A stretch of 64,000 bases of DNA from Candidatus Saccharimonadales bacterium (GCA_035710125.1 DASTDY010000058.1:704-64703), one strand, 5' to 3'; shown: positions 18,479 through 27,374, counted from the first letter of the stretch. Made by a program: numbers and translations. The notes: generated from the sequence alone by a model not told the origin.

Positions 18479-19321
18479 CTAATAGTTGTTGAGAATATCT
18501 TTAAGCTCTTCTGCAGATGGTGCGCCTTGTTGTGGCATATTCTGCAAGAAGTCGTCGCCACCGCCACCGGCACCAGGCATAGTTGGCACTGTGGAGCCAG
18601 GGTAACCGCCAGGGTTCTCAATGGTCTCGGGTTTCTTATGGAATGTAATGACTGAACCAACAAACAGGGCAACTGCCAAAAGAAGGCCAAGAACAGCTAC
18701 GCCTAGATCATACATTTTGCCCATGTCTTTACCTTTTGCAAGCTTAAAGAGGTAGAATGCTGAACAGCTTACAATGATTGTCACGCCGACCAAAGGCAAG
18801 AATTCGTTAATGTACACTTGGCCCACATTTACATTCTCGACGCCAATCAAAGCGAGCGAGGTGAGCACAATAGTCAATAGCTGAACAACCAGGCCAACCT
18901 TAATAGCAACCAATACGCCTAAAGTAGTGTAAATCGGAGCCTTGTACGCAATCCTACTGGTATATTCAGGACGTTTTGCAATTTCGGCACGAGTACGGCG
19001 GCCGAGCAACGCCATAAGAGGTACAAGCACAACTAGCGCTGCGACCATACCAACAGCCATTGTCGCCTCTAGCCAAGGAATGTTTGAACCCATAATTGGA
19101 CTTGCTGCGCCCATAGCAAGCGGCGAAGCCATAGAAGACCCGCCAGACCACAAGCTAATAAGTGATAGCGAGCCAGTCGCAATCAAAAGAGTCACTACCA
19201 ACACAAGAAGCATGTAGCCGATGTGCTCGAGCGTTAAAAAGGTTGCCCCGTTCAGCTCGCGCTTAAAAAACGAGCCTCCTGCCGATACCGGCGCTGTCTT
19301 TACTATTTTATCTTCTGCCAT
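18479..19321 (-). CDS. multi-pass membrane protein with Gly/Pro-rich C-terminal tail
   Basis: 280 aa, about 6 hydrophobic segments, tail GGYPGSTVPTMPGAGGGGDDFLQNMPQQGAPSAEELKDILNNY. Confidence 0.55.
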   Translation of the reverse strand: MAEDKIVKTAPVSAGGSFFKRELNGATFLTLEHIGYMLLVLVVTLLIATGSLSLISLWSGGSSMASPLAMGAASPIMGSNIPWLEATMAVGMVAALVVLVPLMALLGRRTRAEIAKRPEYTSRIAYKAPIYTTLGVLVAIKVGLVVQLLTIVLTSLALIGVENVNVGQVYINEFLPLVGVTIIVSCSAFYLFKLAKGKDMGKMYDLGVAVLGLLLAVALFVGSVITFHKKPETIENPGGYPGSTVPTMPGAGGGGDDFLQNMPQQGAPSAEELKDILNNY

Positions 19322-19357
19322 ATTGTTCCCTCTCTGTTAACTTTTTTAAGTATACCA

Positions 19358-20101
19358 CTAGTAGTTGTACATGTCGTAATAAGGGTCGCTGCTGTATGGA
19401 TCGCTGTATGGATCCGACATAGGCGCCTGGATTGGTGGTGTTTTCTTGGTTGGTTCACTCGTTTTACCTTGGGCAACCGACGACCACGCGTATGTTATGC
19501 CTGCGAGTAAAACGGTAGCTACTGCGACTCCCCACAGACATAGGCGAATGTGTTTGCGGCGCTCAGGCTTCGCCATGACAACGAACATACCAAGCAAGGT
19601 TAGTACAGTCCAAAGCACAGCCGGTAAGCTGGTGCTTATAAGTACATGCCCAACCGAACCTGAATTAGTAATAGCCGCTGCGATTGGCACGTATATTGCA
19701 ACCGCCAGGGTAATGATTGCTTGTAGGCCACTCAAAACCAGCCAAAAGCTCCTAAAACCTTGCGCTCCACCTCGTGGCATTTCGCCCTTATAGGTAGTAG
19801 TGAGTTCACCGTTAGTACGGCTCCATAAAACGGCCGTTACTGGCATAGAGATTAACGACAAAATTGCCACCCATAGCACCACGAGCGATGTCGGGAAAAA
19901 GCTCTCTGATCCGCCGCTTGCCATTAAACCAGTGAGCACGCTCACGAGCCACATAAGGCTCCCGAGCACAATGGTGAGGCCGATCAAAAATATACTGTAT
20001 TCGGCAACAAATGCATTGCTTGTGCGCGCAAGATTTAACTTAAACTTGGAACCTGCAGGTGTTTGCGGCGAAACAGCTGGTTGGGTTTGGTCTGTATCCA
20101 T
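19358..20101 (-). CDS. multi-pass membrane protein with Tyr/Asp/Pro-rich C-terminal tail
   Basis: 247 aa. Architecture resembles the neighbouring gene. Tail MSDPYSDPYSSDPYYDMYNY. Confidence 0.55.
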   Translation of the reverse strand: MDTDQTQPAVSPQTPAGSKFKLNLARTSNAFVAEYSIFLIGLTIVLGSLMWLVSVLTGLMASGGSESFFPTSLVVLWVAILSLISMPVTAVLWSRTNGELTTTYKGEMPRGGAQGFRSFWLVLSGLQAIITLAVAIYVPIAAAITNSGSVGHVLISTSLPAVLWTVLTLLGMFVVMAKPERRKHIRLCLWGVAVATVLLAGITYAWSSVAQGKTSEPTKKTPPIQAPMSDPYSDPYSSDPYYDMYNY

Positions 20102-20154
20102 AAAACCTTCCTTTTAATTGTTTTTATTATAAGCCTGATGGCCTAAAAAACACA

Positions 20155-22119
20155 TCACTTTTTGCTTTTTAGTTCGGCAATGAGGTCGCGCAGCTCCGCC
20201 GCGGTTTCAAACTGAAGGTTTGCGCTGGCAAGCTCCATCTCGGCGGTTAGGTCTTTTATAACGCGGGCGTATTCCTCTTTTGGAATCTTATTAATATCGC
20301 GCTTGACCATTTCAGCCTCTTTAGGAATGATCGCCCGCAAGCCCTCGTCTATTGCCTTTTTAACACCTGTTGGCACAATGTTGTGCTCTTTATTGTAGGC
20401 TTCTTGAATTGCACGCCGGCGCGTGGTCTCATCGAGCGTAAGCTGCATGCTTTTTGTAACCGAATCTGCATACATTATTACGCGCCCTTCTTGGTGGCGG
20501 GCTGCACGGCCCACAGTTTGGATAAGCGCGCTTGCTGAACGCAAAAATCCTTCTTTATCGGCATCCATGATTGCTACTAAGCTTACTTCTGGCAAATCTA
20601 GACCTTCCCGCAACAGGTTAATGCCTACCAATACGTCGTACACACCTAGCCGCAGATCGCGCAGAATGTCGGTACGATCCAGCGTATCGACATCTGAATG
20701 CAAATACGCAGTCTTAATGTTTAGGTCTGTAAGATACTCTGTAAGGTCTTCTGCCATGCGCTTAGTGAGCGTGGTTACAAGCACGCGCTGGTTCTTTTTT
20801 GTGGTCTCGCGGATCTCGGCAATTAGGTCGTCTACCTGGCCTCCAGTTGGCCGGATTTCTATAGGCGGATCGAGCAGCCCAGTGGGGCGGATCACCTGTT
20901 GGGCAGGGGCGGGGCTGCGGCTTAGCTCGTACTCGCCAGGGGTAGCGCTGACATAAATTACTTGGTTTACGTGGCGCTCGAATTCGGTAAATGTAAGCGG
21001 CCGGTTGTCGAGCGCGCTTGGCAAACGAAAACCATGCTCCACTAAAATTTCTTTACGGGCGCGGTCGCCGTTGTACATGCCGCGTACTTGCGGCAAAGTC
21101 ATGTGTGATTCGTCTACAAAAAGCAAAAAATCGTCCGGAAAATAGTCGAGCAGAGTTGCGGGCTGTTCGCCAGGCTGACGGTTAGTGAGGTACCGGCTGT
21201 AGTTTTCGATACCTTTTACAAAACCGGTTTCTTCGAGCATTTCTAGGTCGAACTTAGTGCGTTGTCCAAGACGCTGTGCCTCTAGCAGCTTATTGTTTTG
21301 CTCGAACCATTTTACGCGCTGTTCGGACTCCTCGCGGATTTTCTCTATTGCTTGGGCTAGTTTTTCGCGCGGCGTTACATAGTGCGAGCCAGGGAAAACC
21401 GTTACGACGTCCATGTCTTTTAAGATCTCACCGGTAAGGGGGTCTATGTGGGTGATACGCTCTACTTCGTCGCCAAAAAATTCTACGCGGTAAGCAGTTT
21501 CGGAACCGGCCGGAAAAATATCTACCACATCGCCGCGCACGCGGAAAGTACTGCGGTGAAAGTCTATATCGTTGCGCTGGTATTGGATATCACTCAGCCA
21601 CCGCAAAAGCTTATCTTGCTGGCGGCGTTCGCCCTTTTTAATGGTGATTGCCATCTGGCCGTAATCATCTACCGAGCCAATACCGTAAATGCAGCTCACA
21701 CTGGCAACAATGATTGTATCGCGGTTGGTAAGCAGCGAGCTGGTTGCGGCATGGCGAAGGCGGTCGATTTCTTCGTTGATTTTACTGTCTTTTTCTATAT
21801 ATACGTCAGAGCTGGCGATGTAGGCTTCTGGTTGGTAGTAATCGAAATAGCTAACAAAGTAATGCACTTGTGCATCAGGAAAAAACTGCTTGAACTCACT
21901 ATAAAGCTGCGCTGCAAGGGTTTTGTTGTGGCACAACACTAATGTAGGCACTTGCCGCTTGGCAATGATATTTGCCATGGTGAATGTCTTGCCAGATCCT
22001 GTTACACCAAGCAATGTCTGTTCGCGCTCACCTTTGTCTAGCCCATCTACTAGCTGCGCAATTGCAGTGGGCTGGTCGCCAGTTGGTTCATATTTGGTAA
22101 CTAATTTAAATTGGGACAT
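20155..22119 (-). CDS. uvrB: excinuclease ABC subunit B
   Basis: [26 protein letters not shown], Walker A GVTGSGKT, helicase motifs and a C-terminal UVR domain (FETAAELRD). Start set at ATG 22119. The 159 upstream codons of the ORF-track entry run into the GC-rich island and are not UvrB-like. Confidence 0.93.
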   Translation of the reverse strand: MSQFKLVTKYEPTGDQPTAIAQLVDGLDKGEREQTLLGVTGSGKTFTMANIIAKRQVPTLVLCHNKTLAAQLYSEFKQFFPDAQVHYFVSYFDYYQPEAYIASSDVYIEKDSKINEEIDRLRHAATSSLLTNRDTIIVASVSCIYGIGSVDDYGQMAITIKKGERRQQDKLLRWLSDIQYQRNDIDFHRSTFRVRGDVVDIFPAGSETAYRVEFFGDEVERITHIDPLTGEILKDMDVVTVFPGSHYVTPREKLAQAIEKIREESEQRVKWFEQNNKLLEAQRLGQRTKFDLEMLEETGFVKGIENYSRYLTNRQPGEQPATLLDYFPDDFLLFVDESHMTLPQVRGMYNGDRARKEILVEHGFRLPSALDNRPLTFTEFERHVNQVIYVSATPGEYELSRSPAPAQQVIRPTGLLDPPIEIRPTGGQVDDLIAEIRETTKKNQRVLVTTLTKRMAEDLTEYLTDLNIKTAYLHSDVDTLDRTDILRDLRLGVYDVLVGINLLREGLDLPEVSLVAIMDADKEGFLRSASALIQTVGRAARHQEGRVIMYADSVTKSMQLTLDETTRRRAIQEAYNKEHNIVPTGVKKAIDEGLRAIIPKEAEMVKRDINKIPKEEYARVIKDLTAEMELASANLQFETAAELRDLIAELKSKK

Positions 22120-22126
22120 CTTTTTA

Positions 22127-22135
22127 ATTGTAGCA
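22127..22135 (-). promoter_or_regulatory. extended -10 box TGCTACAAT, 7 nt upstream of the uvrB ATG (leaderless-type promoter)
   Basis: The minus strand reads TGCTACAAT-taaaaag-ATG. No SD is possible in 7 nt. Confidence 0.45.
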
Positions 22136-22180
22136 GAGTTCGGGTAACCAATAATGAGACCGGCATCTTTGTGGGGAGTA

Positions 22181-22208
22181 TTGACATTTTGTTTAAATGT
22201 AGTATGGT
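22181..22208 (+). promoter_or_regulatory. putative promoter of GC-rich cassette 1
   Basis: TTGACA (22181-22186), 16 nt, then TATGGT (22203-22208). This places the TSS downstream of ATG 22204 and so favours the GTG 22243 start. Confidence 0.35.
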
Positions 22209-22242
22209 GGGTACACCATCCATCGATTGTTTGGAGTTGCTC

Positions 22243-22740
22243 GTGAGCAGGGAAAACAGCGCCGAACTGGCTACTGTCGCAGGGCCGGTCATCGGGCAGG
22301 TCAACAAGGACGCCACAGCAAAAACCCGCAAGACACGGATCCGCAGAACACTGATCTGCATCGTCCTCGTGGCTGTCGTGGCCATCCTCACGTACATGGT
22401 CAAGATCGCGATCGACGCCGAGAACAACGCGAAGGCCAGCAAGATCGCTGCCGTGCAGAAGTTCGGCGATGACCGCGGCTGGAAGCACACTGGGCTGTGG
22501 GACATCAACAGCGACAACACCGTGATCGGCCAGGTTTCCCTGGGCAGGTGCGTCTACGACGTCAGAGCCCAGGCCGACCGGCCGGCCGAACTGCAAGTGA
22601 CTCTGACCTCCAGCGAAAGCCCCCAGAGCCAGGCCTTCTGGACGTTCCAGATCGCCAAGCTGACCGCAGACGACGTGAAGGCCAGAGCCGACGATTACGG
22701 CGTGACTCGCTGCTTCTACGCCAAGAAGCCCAAGTCCTGA
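22243..22740 (+). CDS. orphan GC-rich ORF 1: single-pass membrane protein (165 aa), unknown function
   Basis: GGAG at 22233-22236 lies 6 nt before GTG 22243 (alternative ATG at 22204). Codons overwhelmingly end in [21 protein letters not shown] follows a basic stretch KTRKTRIRR. About 110 aa lie C-terminal to the TM. No recognisable domain. Confidence 0.6.
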   Translation: MSRENSAELATVAGPVIGQVNKDATAKTRKTRIRRTLICIVLVAVVAILTYMVKIAIDAENNAKASKIAAVQKFGDDRGWKHTGLWDINSDNTVIGQVSLGRCVYDVRAQADRPAELQVTLTSSESPQSQAFWTFQIAKLTADDVKARADDYGVTRCFYAKKPKS

Positions 22741-22754
22741 CCATCGTGGTGGCA

Positions 22755-22782
22755 GGGCGGCGTCGTACCCTCGACGCCGCCC
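22755..22782 (+). terminator. GC-only hairpin after cassette 1 (11-bp perfect stem, no U tract)
   Basis: GGGCGGCGTCG-taccct-CGACGCCGCCC. A second small hairpin TCGCC-aagcca-GGCGA plus TTTTTT follows at about 22799-22820. Confidence 0.55.
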
Positions 22783-22821
22783 GCACCCTCAAGTATAGTC
22801 GCCAAGCCAGGCGATTTTTTG

Positions 22822-23424
22822 TTACCCGCGCGGCGCTTTTTTAGGGCGTTTCTCGAGACTTTCTATATCTTTCTTGAAATCGCCGTATTCTTTATCTAGA
22901 AAGGCAACAACCTGTTTCACTATGCGTTCGGGGTCGGTGTCGTAAATTATCTTGGTACCTGCGGGCGAGGGTAAACGGTCCATAATTGTTGGTATAAAAT
23001 CGGCTAACCCGCCACTACCCAGCAGTACCGCGCAAAACTTGTGGCTTTCTATTGCCGTAGCAAATTCGTGAAGGCTGCCCATGCGTCCACCAACTGTTAT
23101 TAATGCATCGCTGGAGCGGACCAAATACACATCGCGGCCAACGTAATCCATATTTGTAAAGTTAATGTAATCGAACTCTTTTACCGGCAGCCGGTATGAT
23201 TTTATATGCTCGCGGATTGTAGACGCAGGCGAAAACCCAATAGATAACCCACCGTTGTCTTTTGCACCTCGTGCTGCGTACTGCGGCAAGCCAACCGTTG
23301 CGCCAGTTGTTAAGGTGTGGCCACTTTTAGCAATCGCAGCACCCAGGGCATACGCAAGCAGACTAGAAGTCTCTACAGTTTCACCGGCCGCTGCGCCGGA
23401 AACGCATATCTGGTATTTGCTCAT
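22822..23424 (-). CDS. TIGR00725 / LOG (SLOG-superfamily) Rossmann-fold protein
   Basis: ICVSGAAAG...TGATVGLPQYAARGA...ALITVGGRMGSLHEFATA resembles LOG/TIGR00725 proteins. Start at MSKYQI (23424), 8 nt after the upstream stop. Confidence 0.55.
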   Translation of the reverse strand: MSKYQICVSGAAAGETVETSSLLAYALGAAIAKSGHTLTTGATVGLPQYAARGAKDNGGLSIGFSPASTIREHIKSYRLPVKEFDYINFTNMDYVGRDVYLVRSSDALITVGGRMGSLHEFATAIESHKFCAVLLGSGGLADFIPTIMDRLPSPAGTKIIYDTDPERIVKQVVAFLDKEYGDFKKDIESLEKRPKKAPRG

Positions 23425-23431
23425 GCTTATA

Positions 23432-24670
23432 CTATACTTTACTGAGTCTTTCGGGGGCAATCATATCGTTGTCGAGCTGTTTTAAAATTTGGTCTTGCAG
23501 GGTTTTTTGCCCCATGTAACGCATAAAAATTTCGTTCCACAGGCTTTCTCTAAAATGATAGATTGTGCGCTGTTCGTACGGGGTGTCGTTGCAGTAGCTG
23601 GCGGCGACATCCATCATGTTGAACGGCAGGGGGCGGTTTTCGAACATTAACCCAACATAATCAAGGTCGCGCCAAAACCCTAGTTCTGGGTCGATTTTAT
23701 ACAGTACTTCTTCGGCCCGACGCCAGTGCAGATCTTCGGGTTGAACGTGAGGTTCAAAGATTTCTGGGTGAGGCTCGTTTTCTAGCTTGCCAAAGTAGCG
23801 TTGGATAACGCGCCAATGTATGTGATTGCCAGCCATGATTGGCCCTAGGTCGGGGTCGGCAATTAAGGTATTGGCGAGCACTTCGCCAAAATTCTTTTTG
23901 ACCTGTTGCAACTTAAAGAAGGCGCTATATAAACGGATTTCATTGATGTAATGGAACAATAGCGACATTGCCCAAATAGTTATACCTGGCAACGTTTTTG
24001 CTTTAACCGGCAACATTAAAATAACGCCTAATTCTTTTAGGTGGGTTATGTTGTGACGTTTTTTATGAATAAAACTTTCGGCAATGTCGCCCCAGCGTTC
24101 GTGTGGCATGATTACGATTTCGATCTGTCTAATTTCAAAATCGCTGGGCTTGAGTTTTTTGTAAGCTTGGTTGAAGGCGTTCAGCCAATCTGGTGCTTCG
24201 GCAAAACGCAGCGCACCGTAAATTTCGGCTAAGTTTTCGCGTTTTAGCATGCTATCTACCGATCGGTACCCCAAGCGCTTCATGATATTTTTGGGCGGCA
24301 TGGCACGAAGCATATCTTTTGCCACGCTTTTTTTAAGTACCCAACAGTCGCGGGGGGTTTTTACTTTTGCGGCAGCAGCTTTCATGAGCGGCAATAATTC
24401 TTGCACACTCATGTTGTAGCTGCCGCCGATGCTTTTCGCTAGGTGTGCATCGTGCTCTTTTACTTTGGCGTTGAGCGCGTGATACAACTCGGGTCCTGTA
24501 GTGTCTTTCTCGTCTAAGCCTAGAGCCCTCATGGCGGCCGTTGCTTTTTGGTGGATGTCGCCAACTAACTTAGCATCGGCACCAGGTTGGTGGCTCGCCT
24601 TTTCTAGTTGTTCGAGCGCAGTCGTAAATAAGGGCTCTTTTGCATCTAATAAATCACGAAGGAATGACAT
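23432..24670 (-). CDS. conserved-looking hypothetical protein (412 aa)
   Basis: Long ORF with native codon usage and no recognised motif. Promoter TGCTACTAT lies 6 nt upstream of its ATG. Confidence 0.6.
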   Translation of the reverse strand: MSFLRDLLDAKEPLFTTALEQLEKASHQPGADAKLVGDIHQKATAAMRALGLDEKDTTGPELYHALNAKVKEHDAHLAKSIGGSYNMSVQELLPLMKAAAAKVKTPRDCWVLKKSVAKDMLRAMPPKNIMKRLGYRSVDSMLKRENLAEIYGALRFAEAPDWLNAFNQAYKKLKPSDFEIRQIEIVIMPHERWGDIAESFIHKKRHNITHLKELGVILMLPVKAKTLPGITIWAMSLLFHYINEIRLYSAFFKLQQVKKNFGEVLANTLIADPDLGPIMAGNHIHWRVIQRYFGKLENEPHPEIFEPHVQPEDLHWRRAEEVLYKIDPELGFWRDLDYVGLMFENRPLPFNMMDVAASYCNDTPYEQRTIYHFRESLWNEIFMRYMGQKTLQDQILKQLDNDMIAPERLSKV

Positions 24671-24676
24671 GACTTT

Positions 24677-24685
24677 ATAGTAGCA
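24677..24685 (-). promoter_or_regulatory. extended -10 box TGCTACTAT, 6 nt upstream of ATG 24670 (leaderless-type)
   Basis: The minus strand reads TGCTACTAT-aaagtc-ATG. Confidence 0.4.
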
Positions 24686-24706
24686 TAAGCTTTATTCGGC
24701 CTGCTA

Positions 24707-24735
24707 TTGCGCAAAGACGCTTTTTATGATAAGAT
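24707..24735 (+). promoter_or_regulatory. putative promoter of GC-rich cassette 2
   Basis: TTGCGC (24707-24712), 17 nt, then TGA-TAAGAT (extended -10, 24727-24735). Confidence 0.35.
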
Positions 24736-24782
24736 ATTTTTATTCGCCCAAACCTGGGTGATGTGCCAAAGGAGTGATTAAA

Positions 24783-25280
24783 ATGCCCAGTGCCATGTTG
24801 GAGCTTCAGAAGATGCTCCAAGAAAACTTCCAGAATCATGTCCTGGTAAAACAGGGTAACGACTGGAACGTATGGTTTACTGGCGAAGACTGGCAGAAAA
24901 GCGAGGCTGAAGTAGCTGAGCTCGACAGGCGGGAGAAGGAAGATCCCTTCGACTTCGTTGAGCGCTCCTTCAAAATCGCCCGTGTGGTAGCCGAGCCCGA
25001 CGGTGCAATTAGCCGTTTCGACCTGGCCTACCACAACGAAGCGCAGCGTTCGTCCCTGACGGTCATACCTGGCCTAAAGGCGTTCCTGCGAGCGCTCGAA
25101 CTGGTGTGGGCTTTTACGCCCGCCGACGACGCCGACGTTAACGTGCGCTTTGGGTGCATGGTTGACGCAGTGGTACTCGCGTATGATCCGAGACACTACT
25201 GGAGCGGCGAGCGCTATCCTGTACGCGTGGGGCGTTTTACGCACGACCCCAAGCGTGACGTGCTCACGCACCGCGTATAA
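24783..25280 (+). CDS. orphan GC-rich ORF 2 (165 aa), soluble, unknown function
   Basis: AAGGAG at 24769-24774 lies 8 nt before ATG 24783. Composition is G/C-biased relative to the flanks. No TM and no recognised motif. Confidence 0.55.
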   Translation: MPSAMLELQKMLQENFQNHVLVKQGNDWNVWFTGEDWQKSEAEVAELDRREKEDPFDFVERSFKIARVVAEPDGAISRFDLAYHNEAQRSSLTVIPGLKAFLRALELVWAFTPADDADVNVRFGCMVDAVVLAYDPRHYWSGERYPVRVGRFTHDPKRDVLTHRV

Positions 25281-25466
25281 GGATTAACCTGCCAGATTCA
25301 AAGCCGTAACTCGCTTGAGCATTACCTCTGATAGGCGTTTTCTGGTTGGAGCATGACTTGATAGACCTATGCATCACCACTGGCTGCTTTACGCTGCGTA
25401 CGAGCTTTTTGAGTTGTATTTTCACGAATACCGCAAGAGTTCACGCCTGGCGTGAGCACTTTGCGG

Positions 25467-25497
25467 GGCGCCTACACCAGGCGCCTCTTTCATTTTA
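25467..25497. terminator. hairpin between convergent cassette 2 and the pfkB-family gene
   Basis: GGCGCCT-acacc-AGGCGCC followed by tctttcatttta on the + strand. It is preceded by the palindrome TCACGCC-t-GGCGTGA (25441-25455). Confidence 0.4.
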
Positions 25498-26463
25498 TAG
25501 ATCTTCTATTTTAAGCGGCATGTCATGCAGTGGGGCGCCTTTGTGTAAAATGCCGACTGTTGCGCCAATGTGCTGCACAACAGAGGTAGAGTTAGCGCTC
25601 GCAAATGTCACTGCGTCTGCCAGGCTTTTGCCCTGGGCGTACATTGCTACAAATCCAGAGCCAAAGGCGTCACCTGCACCGAGCCGGCTCACCACTTTTA
25701 CGTCTTTATACATGCCTGCAACTACCAGTTGCTTGCCATCGGTCGCCCACGCGCCTTTTGGCCCATCAGACAGTACGACCGTTTCTGTGATATTCGCAGC
25801 GCGACGGATAAGCTCTTCGTTGGTTTTGCCGTCTACAATTTGCTGCATTTCTTCTTTGTTCATAAGTAGCACAGAAACATCGTCGAGCAGCGTGCGTAAT
25901 TTATCGCGCTCGGCAAGCTCACGGCCAGAAGGGTTAATGGCAACTTTGGTGCCATTTTTGGCAGCGATTGTAATGATCTTTTCGAGCAGGCGCATCGAAT
26001 CTACAGAAGACACGTACAGCCAGTCAGCCTCCGCGACGGCTTCTAGCGTAATATCTGAACCGTCGGCGCGCAGCTTGGAGCCATGGTAGGTTAAAATGGT
26101 CCGTTCGCCACCTGGAGCCAAAAGCACGGTGCTGTAGCTTGTGCGGTACGCCGGCGACTGCCGCACATATTGGCTATTAATACCCTCTTGGTCGAGTGTT
26201 TGCAGCACAACTTCGCCCGCTGGTTCAGTGCCCACAACGCCCATAAAATAACTGTGTAAACCTTGGCGTGCAAAGGTGGTCGCCGCGTTGAGAGCATTGC
26301 CACCAGTTGCAAACACAATGTCTTGCAAACTTAGTTTTGCGCCGAGTGGCAGGTGTTCGTACTCCACGCCCTTATCCCGCACAGGCTCGAACGCTGAGCC
26401 ACCAAGCAAAAAAACATCTTGCGTGGCTTTGCCAATCGAAAGCACCTTTATGTTCTTTGCCAT
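25495..26463 (-). CDS. PfkB-family carbohydrate/sugar-phosphate kinase
   Basis: Ribokinase-like fold motifs ATGGNALNAA and RLGAGDAFGSGFVA. Its start overlaps the stop of the aldolase gene (1 nt). Confidence 0.8.
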   Translation of the reverse strand: MAKNIKVLSIGKATQDVFLLGGSAFEPVRDKGVEYEHLPLGAKLSLQDIVFATGGNALNAATTFARQGLHSYFMGVVGTEPAGEVVLQTLDQEGINSQYVRQSPAYRTSYSTVLLAPGGERTILTYHGSKLRADGSDITLEAVAEADWLYVSSVDSMRLLEKIITIAAKNGTKVAINPSGRELAERDKLRTLLDDVSVLLMNKEEMQQIVDGKTNEELIRRAANITETVVLSDGPKGAWATDGKQLVVAGMYKDVKVVSRLGAGDAFGSGFVAMYAQGKSLADAVTFASANSTSVVQHIGATVGILHKGAPLHDMPLKIEDL

Positions 26464-27374
26464 TACACAACTGCCTTGCCAGCCGAACCGAATGTTTCGA
26501 TTTTTTCTTCTACCACATCTTGGACTGCCTGGTACACGGTGGGCATAAGTTTTACCACGGCATACTCGTGAGGGTTGTCAGCCAGAACCTTTTCTAGCGT
26601 AGTGCGGAATGTATACCGCATATCAGAATTTATATTAATTTTGCTCACGCCAATTTTGGCCGCTTCCTTAAAATAGTGGCCAGGGGTGCCGCTACCGCCA
26701 TGCAAGCTTATTTGGCACTGCAGGACATCACGGATTTGCTGCAAGAGCTCTAGGTCGAGTTGTTTAGGCACCGGATACTTGCCATGCAAGTTGCCAACGG
26801 CAACCGCAAAGGTATCTATGCCCGTGGCATCTACAAACTGCTTAGCACTTTGGGGTGTGCTAAAGGTTTTCTTTATTTCTTCGTAGTCGATTTTTTCTTC
26901 GTGCAGGTTAGAACTACCGCCAAAATAGTGCGGCTCGCTCTCTACTTGGGCGCCGGTGAATTTTGCATACTCAACGACCTCGCGGGTCGCATCAATAATA
27001 TGTTGGTCGGTGGCATTGTGTTCTGCCTGGCTTACATCTATATGGATAAACTCAAAACCGGCGTCAACCGCCCGCTTGGCATCTTCAACGCTAGGGCTAT
27101 GGTCTAGGTTTATATACATCTCTATACCATATTCGCGTTTGTAGTTGTCTACCATGTCGCGGATGTTGTCGAGGCCGATCGCCTTTACCTCACCGTCACT
27201 TACTTCTACTAAAACTGGCGCGTGCTGGCTTTGCGCGCCACGGCATACCGCAATAAGTGTTTCTTGGTTGTCTATATTAAATGCCCCGACCGCAAAATGT
27301 TGCTGCCGGCTGCGCTGCATTAGATGGCGCGCCCGAATGCAATTGTCCCTTATTTGCCTAATTGTTAAGCCCAT
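26463..27374 (-). CDS. fba: class II fructose/tagatose-bisphosphate aldolase
   Basis: FAVGAFNIDNQETL, NLDHS, HIDVS, SLHGGSGTP and KININSD match class II aldolases. Confidence 0.88.
   Translation of the reverse strand: MGLTIRQIRDNCIRARHLMQRSRQQHFAVGAFNIDNQETLIAVCRGAQSQHAPVLVEVSDGEVKAIGLDNIRDMVDNYKREYGIEMYINLDHSPSVEDAKRAVDAGFEFIHIDVSQAEHNATDQHIIDATREVVEYAKFTGAQVESEPHYFGGSSNLHEEKIDYEEIKKTFSTPQSAKQFVDATGIDTFAVAVGNLHGKYPVPKQLDLELLQQIRDVLQCQISLHGGSGTPGHYFKEAAKIGVSKININSDMRYTFRTTLEKVLADNPHEYAVVKLMPTVYQAVQDVVEEKIETFGSAGKAVV

Noticed and set aside
22120-22596. A 159-codon N-terminal extension of the uvrB ORF (813-aa track entry).
   Set aside because: The UvrB-like sequence starts at [17 protein letters not shown] (ATG 22119), directly behind a TGCTACAAT box. 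The extension runs antisense through the GC-rich island, where stop codons are rare, and shows no UvrB similarity.
22101-22844. Overlapping ORFs in other frames of island 1 (22101-22520 -, 22227-22472 +, 22497-22844 +, 22562-22792 -).
   Set aside because: These are Arg/Pro/Gly-rich low-complexity translations typical of out-of-frame reading of high-GC DNA. They lack SD sites. The chosen frame has the G/C-ending codon pattern, an SD and a TM helix.
24675-25034. A 119-aa minus-strand ORF overlapping cassette 2.
   Set aside because: It has no SD and no promoter context, and it lies antisense to the better-supported + strand ORF, which has AAGGAG plus ATG.
25346-26089. A 247-aa plus-strand ORF.
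   Set aside because: It lies entirely antisense to the well-supported PfkB-family kinase gene, and its translation is Ser/Cys/Thr-rich and low in complexity.
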